Source of the DNA: Chitinophagaceae bacterium
GTDB taxonomy: Bacteria; Bacteroidota; Bacteroidia; Chitinophagales; Chitinophagaceae
Direction of reading: 5' to 3'
Assembly (NCBI GenBank): GCA_947448685.1
Contig: CANFOP010000001.1
Coordinates: forward strand, 1 to 56,249
DNA length: 56,249 bases
A program made the translations under genes and the position numbers. The notes under the pieces were generated by a model that saw only the letters and a list, made by a program, of their open reading frames with translations, was not told where the DNA came from and did not search any database. Below are positions 1 through 9,320 of this stretch, one piece after another. Each line of letters opens with the position of its first letter. The first letter of the stretch is position 1.

Positions 1-1
1 G

Positions 2-1165
2 TATCATCCATTTGCCCCAGTATCACATGAAGGAGCAGGACACGTTAATAGTACCCGCTTTTGGGCTGTGCTATTGCAAAACAGCGCATATTGGTTACTG
101 GTAGTTAATGCTTCAATGTTTTTTATTTGTGTAACAACTATGGCAATGGGTGGTTGGCAGGTTGCATTAAGAAGAGTGCCTGAGGCAATTTCCAGCGTAG
201 TTCCCATGTTAGGTATTATAACATTCTTGGTATTGATGGCTATTGTTTGGGGAGACCGTACAGACATTTATCATTGGCTTGATAAAGCAGCCGTTGCAGG
301 AGACCCGATATTAAAAGGAAAAAGCGGGTTTTTGAATCCCAAGTTCTTTACAATATGGTCTGCTATTGCAATTACAATGTGGTGGTTGTTGGGTCGTAAG
401 ATGCGCAGCATGAGCCTTGAGTCTGACAAGCACGGAACAATGGATTATGAAACAGGAAAAAAATGGATTTGGAAAAACACAGTGTGGGCTTCATTGTATG
501 CTGTTTTCTTTGGATTGTCGGTTGCATCAACCATTCCATGGTTATGGATCATGAGCATTGACGCACACTGGTACAGCACTATGTTCAGTTGGTATACCTT
601 TGCAAGCACATTTGTTTCTGGAATGTCATTGGTAGCCCTGTTCATTATATTTCTTAAAAACAAAGGACAACTGGAATATGTAACTGAAGAACATTTACAC
701 GATGTTGGTAAGTTTATGTTTGCGTTTTCTGTATTTTGGACTTATTTGTGGTTCTCACAATATATGTTGATCTGGTATAGCAACCAACCAGAAGAGACTA
801 AATACTTTATCGAAAGAATTGGTACAGCTGACAAGTCTGGCCCTTACCATTTTTTATTCTTTCTGAACCTGGTTTTGAACTTTTTATGTCCATTATTAAT
901 ATTGATGAAAAAAGGAGCTAAAAGAAATTGGACTTTGATATCAGTAATGGCGGTTATTATCATTTTTGGTCACTGGATAGACTTTTATCAAATGGTAATG
1001 CCCGGAACAATGAAAGATCATGCAAGAATGATGCCTTTCGAATTTGGAATTGCAGCATTGTTTATTGGTTTGATTATGTTGGGGGTTGGTAGATATATTA
1101 CCAAACATCCATTGACGGCAAAGAATCATCCGTTTTTAAAAGAGAGTATGATTCACCATACGTAG
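2..1165 (+). CDS. actF: Alternative complex III membrane subunit ActF (quinol:cytochrome c oxidoreductase quinone-binding subunit 2), 5'-truncated by the window edge
   Basis: Frame is open from base 2 (YHPFAPVSHEG...RFWAVLLQN) into the listed ORF. Polytopic NrfD/PsrC-like protein with WIMSIDAHWYSTMF, HLHDVGKFMFAFSVFWTYLWFSQYMLIWY and GHWID motifs, directly upstream of coxB. Confidence 0.88.
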   Translation, partial: YHPFAPVSHEGAGHVNSTRFWAVLLQNSAYWLLVVNASMFFICVTTMAMGGWQVALRRVPEAISSVVPMLGIITFLVLMAIVWGDRTDIYHWLDKAAVAGDPILKGKSGFLNPKFFTIWSAIAITMWWLLGRKMRSMSLESDKHGTMDYETGKKWIWKNTVWASLYAVFFGLSVASTIPWLWIMSIDAHWYSTMFSWYTFASTFVSGMSLVALFIIFLKNKGQLEYVTEEHLHDVGKFMFAFSVFWTYLWFSQYMLIWYSNQPEETKYFIERIGTADKSGPYHFLFFLNLVLNFLCPLLILMKKGAKRNWTLISVMAVIIIFGHWIDFYQMVMPGTMKDHARMMPFEFGIAALFIGLIMLGVGRYITKHPLTAKNHPFLKESMIHHT

Positions 1166-1245
1166 GATTATTTTTACTTAATGAATAATTAGAAAATAAC
1201 TTAAATACATCCGATTAGGAATCTCAGAAGAAAAAAAATATACCA

Positions 1246-2304
1246 ATGAAGGACTTTTATTTTATTGCAATCGTAGTCATAATTTTTATTGTGATTTTTC
1301 AGATCGCCAAGGCAAGTGAATATGTAAGTATATTGAAAGGAGAGGCTAAAACAAAAAAACAAAATAACAAGATCAATGGATTTCTGTTGATTTCTTTTTT
1401 GGTATTAGGTTTGATTGGCGCCTGGTATTGCAATGAGTTGTATTACGGTAAAACTTTGTTTACTCAGGGCTCTGCATCTGTGGAAGGAGAGAAAATAGAT
1501 TTGATGTTGTATATCACAATAGGTGTAACCGGAACAGTATTTGTGATAACTCAGGTGTTGTTGTTTTGGTTTTCTTTTAAATACCAGGAAAAAGAAGGCA
1601 AAAAAGCATTTTATTTTCCACACAACAATAAACTTGAATTATTGTGGACCACAGTGCCCGCTATATTTTTGACTATATTAATTGTTTTTGGCTTGAAGTT
1701 CTGGTTTAAAGTCACCAGCGATGCGCCGAAAGATGCTGTATTGGTAGAAATCACTGGCCATCAATTTGCATGGGATATGAGGTATCCTGGGAAAGATGGA
1801 AAACTTGGAAAGAAAAACTACAAATTATACAATCAACCCTCTGGAAATACTTTGGCGGTAGATTTCGAAGATCCGGAAAGCTGGGATGACTTACATACTA
1901 CAGAAATGCACTTGCCTGTTGGCAAACCTGTTAAATTGGTAATTAACGCAATGGATGTAATTCACGATGTAGGTTTGTCTCACTTCAGATTAAAAATGGA
2001 TGCTGTACCAGGAATACCCACAACAATGTGGTTTACTCCCAAATACACAACAGTTGATATGAAGAAAAGAACCGGCAATCCAAATTTTGTTTATGAAATA
2101 AGTTGTGATCAAATGTGTGGAAAGGGACACTTTTCAATGAGAGGTGTAATTGTTGTTGAAACAGAAGAAGAGTATAATAAATGGATTGCTTCTCAGAAGC
2201 CGGAGTATTTTACTTTGTTCCCTGAAAAAAATCCAATTAAAGAACCAACAACAGATTCATCATCAACAAAACCTTTGGCACAAGTCGCCACAGCAACTAA
2301 TTAA
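1246..2304 (+). CDS. coxB: Cytochrome c oxidase subunit II (CuA), with no fused cytochrome c
   Basis: LELLWTTVP helix, GHQFAW, DVIH, KMDAVPG and CuA motif CDQMCGKGHFSM; no CxxCH after it. Confidence 0.95.
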   Translation: MKDFYFIAIVVIIFIVIFQIAKASEYVSILKGEAKTKKQNNKINGFLLISFLVLGLIGAWYCNELYYGKTLFTQGSASVEGEKIDLMLYITIGVTGTVFVITQVLLFWFSFKYQEKEGKKAFYFPHNNKLELLWTTVPAIFLTILIVFGLKFWFKVTSDAPKDAVLVEITGHQFAWDMRYPGKDGKLGKKNYKLYNQPSGNTLAVDFEDPESWDDLHTTEMHLPVGKPVKLVINAMDVIHDVGLSHFRLKMDAVPGIPTTMWFTPKYTTVDMKKRTGNPNFVYEISCDQMCGKGHFSMRGVIVVETEEEYNKWIASQKPEYFTLFPEKNPIKEPTTDSSSTKPLAQVATATN

Positions 2305-2327
2305 TAAAGCATTAATCCATTAATACA

Positions 2328-4130
2328 ATGAGTACAGTAACCGTAGAATCTACAACACATCATCAGGAACATGGAGATGCACATCAAGAGCATCATCATC
2401 ATGAGACATTTATAACAAAATATGTGTTCAGTCAGGACCACAAAACAATTGCAAAACAGTTTTTGGTAACAGGAATAATCTGGGCAATTATCGGTGGATT
2501 ATTTTCCGTTATTTTCCGTTTACAATTGGGCAACCCTGAGTCAACATACCCTTGGTTAGAAGATTTGTTGGGTCATTGGGCAAAAGGGGGAAAGCTACAA
2601 CCGGAGTTTTACTATGCATTGGTTACCATGCACGGAACAATATTGGTGTTTTTTGTATTAACGGCAGGGCTAAGTGGAACTTTTGCAAACTTTTTAATTC
2701 CGCTGCAAATTGGCGCGCGCGACATGGCATCGCCAATGTTGAATATGTTAAGTTATTGGTTTTTCTTTTTAGCATCTGTTATTATGATGTCTTCTCTTTT
2801 TGTACAAACAGGTCCCGCAAGTGGTGGATGGACTATCTATCCTCCGTTGAGCGCATTGGGAGAAGCATCTATGGGAAGTAAAATTGGAATGGATTTGTGG
2901 TTGATTAGTATGGCAATGTTTATCGTATCGTCTTTATTAGGTGGGTTAAACTATATTACCACTATATTAAACATGCGAACTAAAGGTATGAGTATGACTC
3001 GTATGCCATTGACTGTTTGGGCATTGTTTTTTACTGCAGTATTGGGTGTGTTGTCATTCCCTGTTTTATTATCCGGAGCAATTTTATTATTATTTGACAG
3101 AAACCTGGGAACTAGTTTTTACCTGAGCGATATAGTTGTAGCTGGAAAAATATTGCCAAACGAAGGAGGAAGCGCTATATTATTTCAACACCTATTCTGG
3201 TTCTTGGGTCACCCTGAAGTGTATATAATTTTATTGCCAGCAATGGGAATGTCCTCAGAAATACTTTCTGTTAACAGCCGGAAGCCAATTTTTGGATACA
3301 TGGCGATGGTGGCATCATTATTCGCAATTACTATCCTTGCATTTTTGGTATGGGCGCACCATATGTTCGTAACTGGTCTAAATCCATTCCTGGGTTCAGT
3401 CTTTGTGTTGCTTACATTGTTGATTGCCGTACCTTCTGCCATCAAAGTGTTTAACTGGCTTACTACATTGTGGAGAGGTAATATAAGATTTACTCCGGCC
3501 ATGTTGTTTGCAATTGGATTTGTGAGTTTGTTTATTAGCGGCGGCCTTACCGGAATATTTTTAGGAAACTCAGCATTGGACATACATCTGCATGACACCT
3601 ATTTTGTAATCGCCCATTTTCATATAGTAATGGGTGTGGCATCTTTCTTTGGTATGTTTGCGGGAGTATATCATTGGTATCCTAAAATGTTTGGTCGTTA
3701 TTTAAACAACACGTTGGCCTATATTCATTTTTGGGTAACCATTATTGGAGCATATTTGATATTTTGGCCGATGCATTACGAAGGATTAGCAGGTATGCCT
3801 CGCCGTTATTATGATTTCTCTAATTGGGAATCATTTAAAATGTTTGGTGGATTAAACGAATTTATCAGCGTAGTGGCCTTAGTTGTTTTTGCGGTACAAA
3901 TTCTTTTTGTAATTAATTTCTTTTACAGTATTTGGAAAGGACGTAAAGTGAAAGATCAGAATCCATGGGAGGCGAATACATTGGAATGGACAACACCTAT
4001 TCGCCCTGGACACGGAAACTGGCCTGGCGATATTCCTGAAGTACATCGCTGGCCTTATGATTATTCAAAAGATGGAAAAGATTTTATTCCGCAGGATGTG
4101 CCGGTTGGAGCGGATGAAAGTAAACATTAA
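2328..4130 (+). CDS. coxA: Cytochrome c oxidase subunit I, A1 type
   Basis: TMHG, ARDMA, GWTIYPPL, WFLGHPEVY (A1 signature), VWAHHM, HDTYFVIAHFH, GMPRRY. Confidence 0.98.
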   Translation: MSTVTVESTTHHQEHGDAHQEHHHHETFITKYVFSQDHKTIAKQFLVTGIIWAIIGGLFSVIFRLQLGNPESTYPWLEDLLGHWAKGGKLQPEFYYALVTMHGTILVFFVLTAGLSGTFANFLIPLQIGARDMASPMLNMLSYWFFFLASVIMMSSLFVQTGPASGGWTIYPPLSALGEASMGSKIGMDLWLISMAMFIVSSLLGGLNYITTILNMRTKGMSMTRMPLTVWALFFTAVLGVLSFPVLLSGAILLLFDRNLGTSFYLSDIVVAGKILPNEGGSAILFQHLFWFLGHPEVYIILLPAMGMSSEILSVNSRKPIFGYMAMVASLFAITILAFLVWAHHMFVTGLNPFLGSVFVLLTLLIAVPSAIKVFNWLTTLWRGNIRFTPAMLFAIGFVSLFISGGLTGIFLGNSALDIHLHDTYFVIAHFHIVMGVASFFGMFAGVYHWYPKMFGRYLNNTLAYIHFWVTIIGAYLIFWPMHYEGLAGMPRRYYDFSNWESFKMFGGLNEFISVVALVVFAVQILFVINFFYSIWKGRKVKDQNPWEANTLEWTTPIRPGHGNWPGDIPEVHRWPYDYSKDGKDFIPQDVPVGADESKH

Positions 4131-4136
4131 TAAGTA

Positions 4137-5048
4137 GTGCAGGAAAAAAATACCATCAACAACTCAACATCGTTTGTGTTGGCAAGTAAAGTGAAAGATT
4201 ATTTTTTATTAATCAAGTTCACATTGAGTTTTATGGTGGTGTTCAGTACGGTAATCAGTTATCAGCTTGCACCTAATATCAACAGATTTAATTTGTTGAA
4301 AGTTCTTTTACTTTTTACAGGAGGTATGTTAGTGACTGGTTCGGCCAATACCATTAATCAGATTCTTGAAAAAGATACTGATGCCATGATGAAAAGAACA
4401 GCAGTAAGACCTGTGGCCAGCGGAAGAATGTCAGCAACAGAGGCTTGGATTTTTGCAGCAGTTGCTGGTTTATTGGGATTATGCATTATGTATAGTTTCA
4501 GTTTGGAAGCCATGTGGTTAAGTTTACTGAGTTTAGTGATATATGGATTTATTTATACACCATTAAAGAAAGTAAATTCCGTGGCGGTTTTGGTGGGTGC
4601 TATTCCGGGAGCTTGGCCTTGTTTGATTGGCTGGGTGGCAAGCTTTGGAGACGGGGTAGAAAAAAACTGGACAGGAGGATGGGTATTGTTTTTAATTCAA
4701 TTCCTTTGGCAGTTTCCTCATTTTTGGGCGATAGCTTGGGTAGCGCATAAGGATTACAGTGTAGCAGGATTTAAATTGTTACCCAGCGAAAAAGGACCAA
4801 CTAAATTCACGGCAATACAGACTATTGTATATAGCACTCTGATGATTCCTGTAGGCTTATTGCCTTACATTTATCACATAAGCGGCATCGTTAGTCTTTG
4901 GATTTTATTAGGTTGTAATTTGTTTATGGTATATACCAGTATCGTATTGTTTGTTAAAATGGATGTACCATCAGCGAGAAAAGTAATGTTCAGTTCTTAT
5001 TTTTATTTAATGATTGTTTTTTTGAGTTTGTATGCCAACAAAGTATAG
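4137..5048 (+). CDS. cyoE: Protoheme IX farnesyltransferase (heme O synthase)
   Basis: UbiA-family motifs NQILEKDTDAMMKRTAVRP, YTPLK, WQFPHFWAI; GTG start within the cox operon. Confidence 0.95.
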   Translation: MQEKNTINNSTSFVLASKVKDYFLLIKFTLSFMVVFSTVISYQLAPNINRFNLLKVLLLFTGGMLVTGSANTINQILEKDTDAMMKRTAVRPVASGRMSATEAWIFAAVAGLLGLCIMYSFSLEAMWLSLLSLVIYGFIYTPLKKVNSVAVLVGAIPGAWPCLIGWVASFGDGVEKNWTGGWVLFLIQFLWQFPHFWAIAWVAHKDYSVAGFKLLPSEKGPTKFTAIQTIVYSTLMIPVGLLPYIYHISGIVSLWILLGCNLFMVYTSIVLFVKMDVPSARKVMFSSYFYLMIVFLSLYANKV

Positions 5049-5071
5049 ACTCAGAAAATATTGAATAGCGT

Positions 5072-5644
5072 TTGATTATGGAAACAGAGTTGATACAGAA
5101 TAAAAACAAAATTCACCCACATAAGTTTACATTATGGGTGGCTATTGGAAGTATTGTAATGATGTTTGCCGGATTAACCAGCGCATATATAGTTAAGCGC
5201 AGTCAAGCCAATTGGCAAACATTCGAAATTCCTGTTCTGTTTTGGTACAGTACAGCAATCATTTTGCTGAGCAGTTTTACGATGCATTTTTCTCTGAAAT
5301 CTTTTAAAGAAAGGTTGATGGACAAATACAGAAAGGGAATGCTTATAACTATGTTGCTGGGAGTACTTTTTATAATAACGCAGTATTTGGGTTTCAGGGA
5401 TTTTTGGAATGCAGGAATGACGCTGCAAGCAGGGGTTTCTTATTCGTTTCTATATGTGATAGTCGGCTTGCATGCTGTCCACGTATTAGGCGGAGTAACA
5501 GCGATAATAGTAATGTCATTGAAGGCTTTTGGAACCAGAAAAAAAAGTTATAGTGTTGTTCCGGTTGAGTTGATCAGCACATATTGGCACTTTGTAGACA
5601 TACTGTGGGTTTATTTATTGATTTTTTTAATGATGATTAAGTAA
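5072..5644 (+). CDS. ctaE: Cytochrome c oxidase subunit III (short paralog)
   Basis: MMFAGLTSAY, GLHAVHV, YWHFVDILW; ATG at 5078 is an alternative start. Confidence 0.9.
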   Translation: MIMETELIQNKNKIHPHKFTLWVAIGSIVMMFAGLTSAYIVKRSQANWQTFEIPVLFWYSTAIILLSSFTMHFSLKSFKERLMDKYRKGMLITMLLGVLFIITQYLGFRDFWNAGMTLQAGVSYSFLYVIVGLHAVHVLGGVTAIIVMSLKAFGTRKKSYSVVPVELISTYWHFVDILWVYLLIFLMMIK

Positions 5645-5699
5645 AAAAAGTAAAAAGTAAAAAGTAAAAAAATTGTTTTGACTTTGAGCTTTTGAGTTT
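5641..5699. repeat. Intergenic heptamer tandem repeats: (GTAAAAA)x~4 followed by TTTTGAC/TTTGAGC/TTTTGAG
   Basis: Read directly: gtaaaaaaa gtaaaaa gtaaaaa gtaaaaaaa ttg ttttgac tttgagc ttttgag ttt. The two blocks are imperfectly complementary. Confidence 0.75.
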
Positions 5700-5726
5700 A
5701 ATAATAAAAGTTAATTCTAAATAACT

Positions 5727-6608
5727 ATGGGTTCAACAGCAATTCCGGCGGGAACAAAATGGTGGAGTGGAGGTAAAAGTCCATTCAATGTCAATTACGG
5801 CAAAGTTATGATGTGGTACTTTCTGATGAGTGATGCTTTCACTTTTGGAGCATTCCTGATTAGTTATGGCACCATCAGATTCAGTGTTAATCATTGGGCA
5901 GACCCCAACCATGTTTTTAATTCCTTTCCATTTGCAGGACATGCTAACTTGCCATTGGCATTTGTGAGCTTGATGACATTTATTCTAATCTTCAGTTCTG
6001 TTACAATGGTGTTGGCTGTACATGAAGGGCATCAAATGAACAGAAAAGGTGTTGAAAAGTTTATGATTATGACTATCATAGGCGGCTTAGCGTTTCTGGG
6101 TTGTCAGGCTTGGGAGTGGACTCACTTATTAACAGGAGAGCATGTAGCACTCTTAACTGATGGTACTTTAGGTGTAATACCTACAACAGTAAAAATGAAT
6201 CCGTGGGGAGCAGATTTAGACCATTCTACCATGATGTCTGCTTTACAAAAAACATCTCATGAAGGCTTGGTTGCTATTGCATCAACATTACATCATGGCG
6301 CAGAATCAGTTCATCATAATTTGAGTGGGTTAACTAATCAGGAATTAATCAGTCAAATATCTGCTTCAGGTTTGCATGCTACACATAGTGGCCCAATTGC
6401 GTTTGGCGGATACTTTTTTGGAATTACCGGCTTTCATGGTTTCCACGTTTTCAGCGGTGTGGTAATCAACATTGTTATGTATATTAAAACCAAATTAGGG
6501 CATTTTGATCAAAGAGGTCATTATGAAATGATTGAAAAGGCAGGATTGTATTGGCACTTTGTAGATTTGGTTTGGGTGTTTGTATTCTTGTGTTTTTATC
6601 TGGTTTAA
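5727..6608 (+). CDS. ctaE: Cytochrome c oxidase subunit III (long paralog with His-rich loop)
   Basis: MMWYFLMSDAFTF, FSSVTMVLA, CQAWEW, ITGFHGFHV, GLYWHFVDLVW. Confidence 0.92.
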   Translation: MGSTAIPAGTKWWSGGKSPFNVNYGKVMMWYFLMSDAFTFGAFLISYGTIRFSVNHWADPNHVFNSFPFAGHANLPLAFVSLMTFILIFSSVTMVLAVHEGHQMNRKGVEKFMIMTIIGGLAFLGCQAWEWTHLLTGEHVALLTDGTLGVIPTTVKMNPWGADLDHSTMMSALQKTSHEGLVAIASTLHHGAESVHHNLSGLTNQELISQISASGLHATHSGPIAFGGYFFGITGFHGFHVFSGVVINIVMYIKTKLGHFDQRGHYEMIEKAGLYWHFVDLVWVFVFLCFYLV

Positions 6609-6656
6609 TTAAAAATTCAACCAACAGAAAATTTAAAATTTTAAAGATTAATAATT

Positions 6657-7079
6657 ATGTCAGCATCTCACATCGATAATCCGGAAGTTACCTTTCATCC
6701 CGACCATTCAGGAGGAACCGGAAAAATCTGGAAAATATTTTGGGTATTGTCTGTATTGACAATTATAGAATTAGCCTTGGGTTATTTTTTATATGCCAAG
6801 CATGGCGAATTGAGTTATGTTGCTTCGCTTTCCACGAAAAGTGTAATAGCAATACTTACATTGGCGAAGGCGTATTATATTGTTTCAGTTTTTATGCACC
6901 TTGGTGATGAAATCAGAAATTTTATTATGACAATCATCGTTCCGCTTGTTTTGTTTGTTTGGTTTATTATAGCATTTCTTTCAGATGGCAACAGTTGGAA
7001 AAATCTTAGAAACACAAGTGCTGGAAGCAGACCTAATCAGGTAGAGCAGGTTCAAAAAGAAGGAGCTGAAAAAAAATAA
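6657..7079 (+). CDS. Cytochrome c oxidase subunit IV family protein
   Basis: Three TM helices, LTIIE and AKAYYIVSVFMHL motifs; last gene before the terminator. Confidence 0.88.
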   Translation: MSASHIDNPEVTFHPDHSGGTGKIWKIFWVLSVLTIIELALGYFLYAKHGELSYVASLSTKSVIAILTLAKAYYIVSVFMHLGDEIRNFIMTIIVPLVLFVWFIIAFLSDGNSWKNLRNTSAGSRPNQVEQVQKEGAEKK

Positions 7080-7103
7080 AAGGAAATATTAAAATACATA
7101 GCC

Positions 7104-7136
7104 AGCCATCGTTTAAAATTTAAACGATGGCTTTTA
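7104..7136 (+). terminator. Intrinsic terminator of the act/cox operon
   Basis: Perfect 14-bp inverted repeat agccatcgtttaaa/tttaaacgatggct followed by a T-run, about 25 nt after the subunit IV stop. Confidence 0.8.
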
Positions 7137-7194
7137 TATAAATACACATCGCTCTAAACAATCAGATGGAATTAATTGTTATAAATAATAAAAA

Positions 7195-7992
7195 TTGAAT
7201 AAAAGATCTGCCATAGCGTTAGTGATTGCAATGCTTCTTCCCTTGACAGGATATTGGATTGTAAAGTATTACAGTAAAGATGCGGTACATATGCCGCATC
7301 ATTATTTTTATGACAGCGTTTCGGTAAATTACAAAAAAGAAAAGGCCATAAATGATACCGTATGGCATAAAGTGAAAAATATTTCTTTTGTAAACCAGCT
7401 GGGTCAAAAAGTTTCATTGGATGATTTACATGGAAAAATAATTGTTTTGGATTTCTTTTTTACACGCTGTCCTTCTATTTGTCCAGGTTTGGCAAGGTCC
7501 ATGAAAAAGTTGCAAAAATCGTTTGAAAAAAATCCGGATATTGTTCAATTTGTTAGCGTAAGTATTGATCCTGAACACGACAGTGTACCACAATTAAGAA
7601 CCTTTGCCAATCAATTGGATATTAATCACGATACCTGGTGGTTTGTCACCGGAGATAAAAAAGAGATTTACAATTTCGCGTTGAATGAAATAAAAGCAAG
7701 TATTGCAGACAGTAACGTTGATACTGCGTTTATTCATACTGAAAACTTTTTTCTATTGGACACTAATCATATAATAAGGGGGTGGTATAATGGCTTTGAT
7801 ACACTGAAACAGGCACAACTGGCTTCTGATATTCCCACGCTGATGCTGGAAAAAGATAAAAAAAGTCCTTCGCTTTTAAGAGAATTCATCCCTTACTTAC
7901 CTGTAATATTTGTAGGAATAGGATTAACGATATTTCTTATTACATTCTTAAACAGAAACAAAATCAAAAATGATGCTAACTCCATTGTTTAA
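7195..7992 (+). CDS. SCO1/SenC copper chaperone
   Basis: FFTRCPSICP (CxxxC), SIDPEHD, conserved His in HTENFFLLD; N- and C-terminal hydrophobic helices. Confidence 0.92.
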   Translation: MNKRSAIALVIAMLLPLTGYWIVKYYSKDAVHMPHHYFYDSVSVNYKKEKAINDTVWHKVKNISFVNQLGQKVSLDDLHGKIIVLDFFFTRCPSICPGLARSMKKLQKSFEKNPDIVQFVSVSIDPEHDSVPQLRTFANQLDINHDTWWFVTGDKKEIYNFALNEIKASIADSNVDTAFIHTENFFLLDTNHIIRGWYNGFDTLKQAQLASDIPTLMLEKDKKSPSLLREFIPYLPVIFVGIGLTIFLITFLNRNKIKNDANSIV

Positions 7993-8515
7993 AAAAAACG
8001 ATTCAAAAGCCAAAACAATTATTTATACAATTTCAATTGTTGTATTTTCTGCAGTTGTAATTTTAAATAGAATTCAATTAAACATAAATCTATCGTTTAG
8101 CCCACATGTGTTTGCTACTGCGAGCGCAGCAATAAATTCTTTGGTGGCTGTATTGTTATTGGTCGGGCTTGTTACCGCCAAACAAAAAAAATATGAACTT
8201 CATAAAAAAATAATGCTTGCTGCAATTGTGCTTTCTGTGCTGTTTTTATTAAGTTATATTGCTCATCATTTACTGGCTGCTGAAACAAAATTTGGAGGAG
8301 ACGGCCTTATAAGAATTGTCTATTACTTTATTTTAATGACTCATATACCATTGGCAGGCATTGTTCTTCCATTTATTTTATTTACGGCCTATAGAGCGCT
8401 GATAGGTGAATATGAGCAACACAAAAAGTTAACAAGGCTTACGTGGCCCATTTGGTTTTACGTTGCAGTCACAGGAGTGATTGTTTATTGGATGATCAGC
8501 CCATACTATGTTTGA
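7970..8515 (+). CDS. DUF420 (YozB/CtaM-like) membrane protein
   Basis: HKKIM, LFLLSY, ILMTHIPLA, HKKLTR...PIWFYVAVTGVIVY; typical position after SCO. Confidence 0.88.
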   Translation: MMLTPLFKKNDSKAKTIIYTISIVVFSAVVILNRIQLNINLSFSPHVFATASAAINSLVAVLLLVGLVTAKQKKYELHKKIMLAAIVLSVLFLLSYIAHHLLAAETKFGGDGLIRIVYYFILMTHIPLAGIVLPFILFTAYRALIGEYEQHKKLTRLTWPIWFYVAVTGVIVYWMISPYYV

Positions 8516-8525
8516 TTGTAAATTA

Positions 8526-9266
8526 TTACTCCATCCATTCAACAACAATCCTGTCGCTTGTCAAATGAGTTATTTTAACCTTCAGAACGGATCCGACTTC
8601 AATATTTCTATTTGTTAATTTTTCTGCAACTGATTCGTTGATTGTAATTTTACTCTCCAATTTTGATTCTAATAACTCTATAAAAATTCCGTAAGGGGTT
8701 ATTTTTTTTACAGCAGCCTCAATGATTTGTTCGTTTTTGTTCTGTTTGATAGCAACCATGAATCCTTCTGTATAATGATGGTTGTATAATTCTGCCATTA
8801 TTTTTTCAGGCTTTTCTATATTAATCATTTTGAAGGTAACGGCTTTAGGTGATTCAGCCACGACAGGAGGCATTTCATATTTGGAGATACGTAAAGGAAA
8901 AAAAAGATAAGAGTCAATTTCTTTGATAAAATAATCATCGTCTACCTTTTTTACATATCCCAGAAATTTATTTTCAATTTTTGCTTTTTGTATCAATACC
9001 TCCAAACTATTATTGTATTCGTACAAAACGTAGTCTGCAAAAAACACCTGCTGGCTTGATTTTTTAATTACAAACTTCACGTGATCTCCTACCAGAAACC
9101 TGTGAGGTTTTTTAATTAGTTTAAGCTGAATGTATTTCTCTTGTTGTTTCTCATCTATAACCGCCTGAATAGTTTTTATTTTATTATTGGAAACATACTC
9201 TATAGTGGCTTTCTTTTTATCATTATTGATGGAGATGATCTTTCCTCTGAAATATTTTTCTGACAT
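8526..9266 (-). CDS. OB-fold / S1 RNA-binding domain protein
   Basis: C-terminal S1-like segment (AAVKKITPYGIFIEL...IEVGSVLKVKI); N-terminal cold-shock-like strands (FRGKII...LVGDHVKF). Confidence 0.65.
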   Translation of the reverse strand: MSEKYFRGKIISINNDKKKATIEYVSNNKIKTIQAVIDEKQQEKYIQLKLIKKPHRFLVGDHVKFVIKKSSQQVFFADYVLYEYNNSLEVLIQKAKIENKFLGYVKKVDDDYFIKEIDSYLFFPLRISKYEMPPVVAESPKAVTFKMINIEKPEKIMAELYNHHYTEGFMVAIKQNKNEQIIEAAVKKITPYGIFIELLESKLESKITINESVAEKLTNRNIEVGSVLKVKITHLTSDRIVVEWME

Positions 9267-9320
9267 GTAGAATTTTTAATGAAGCATTATCAAACATAAG
9301 TAATATGACCGACATACAGG

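Noticed and set aside
2501-2520. Perfect 10-bp tandem repeat ATTTTCCGTT x2 in coxA
   Set aside because: It encodes the normal LFSVIFRL helix with the frame intact; best read as coincidence.
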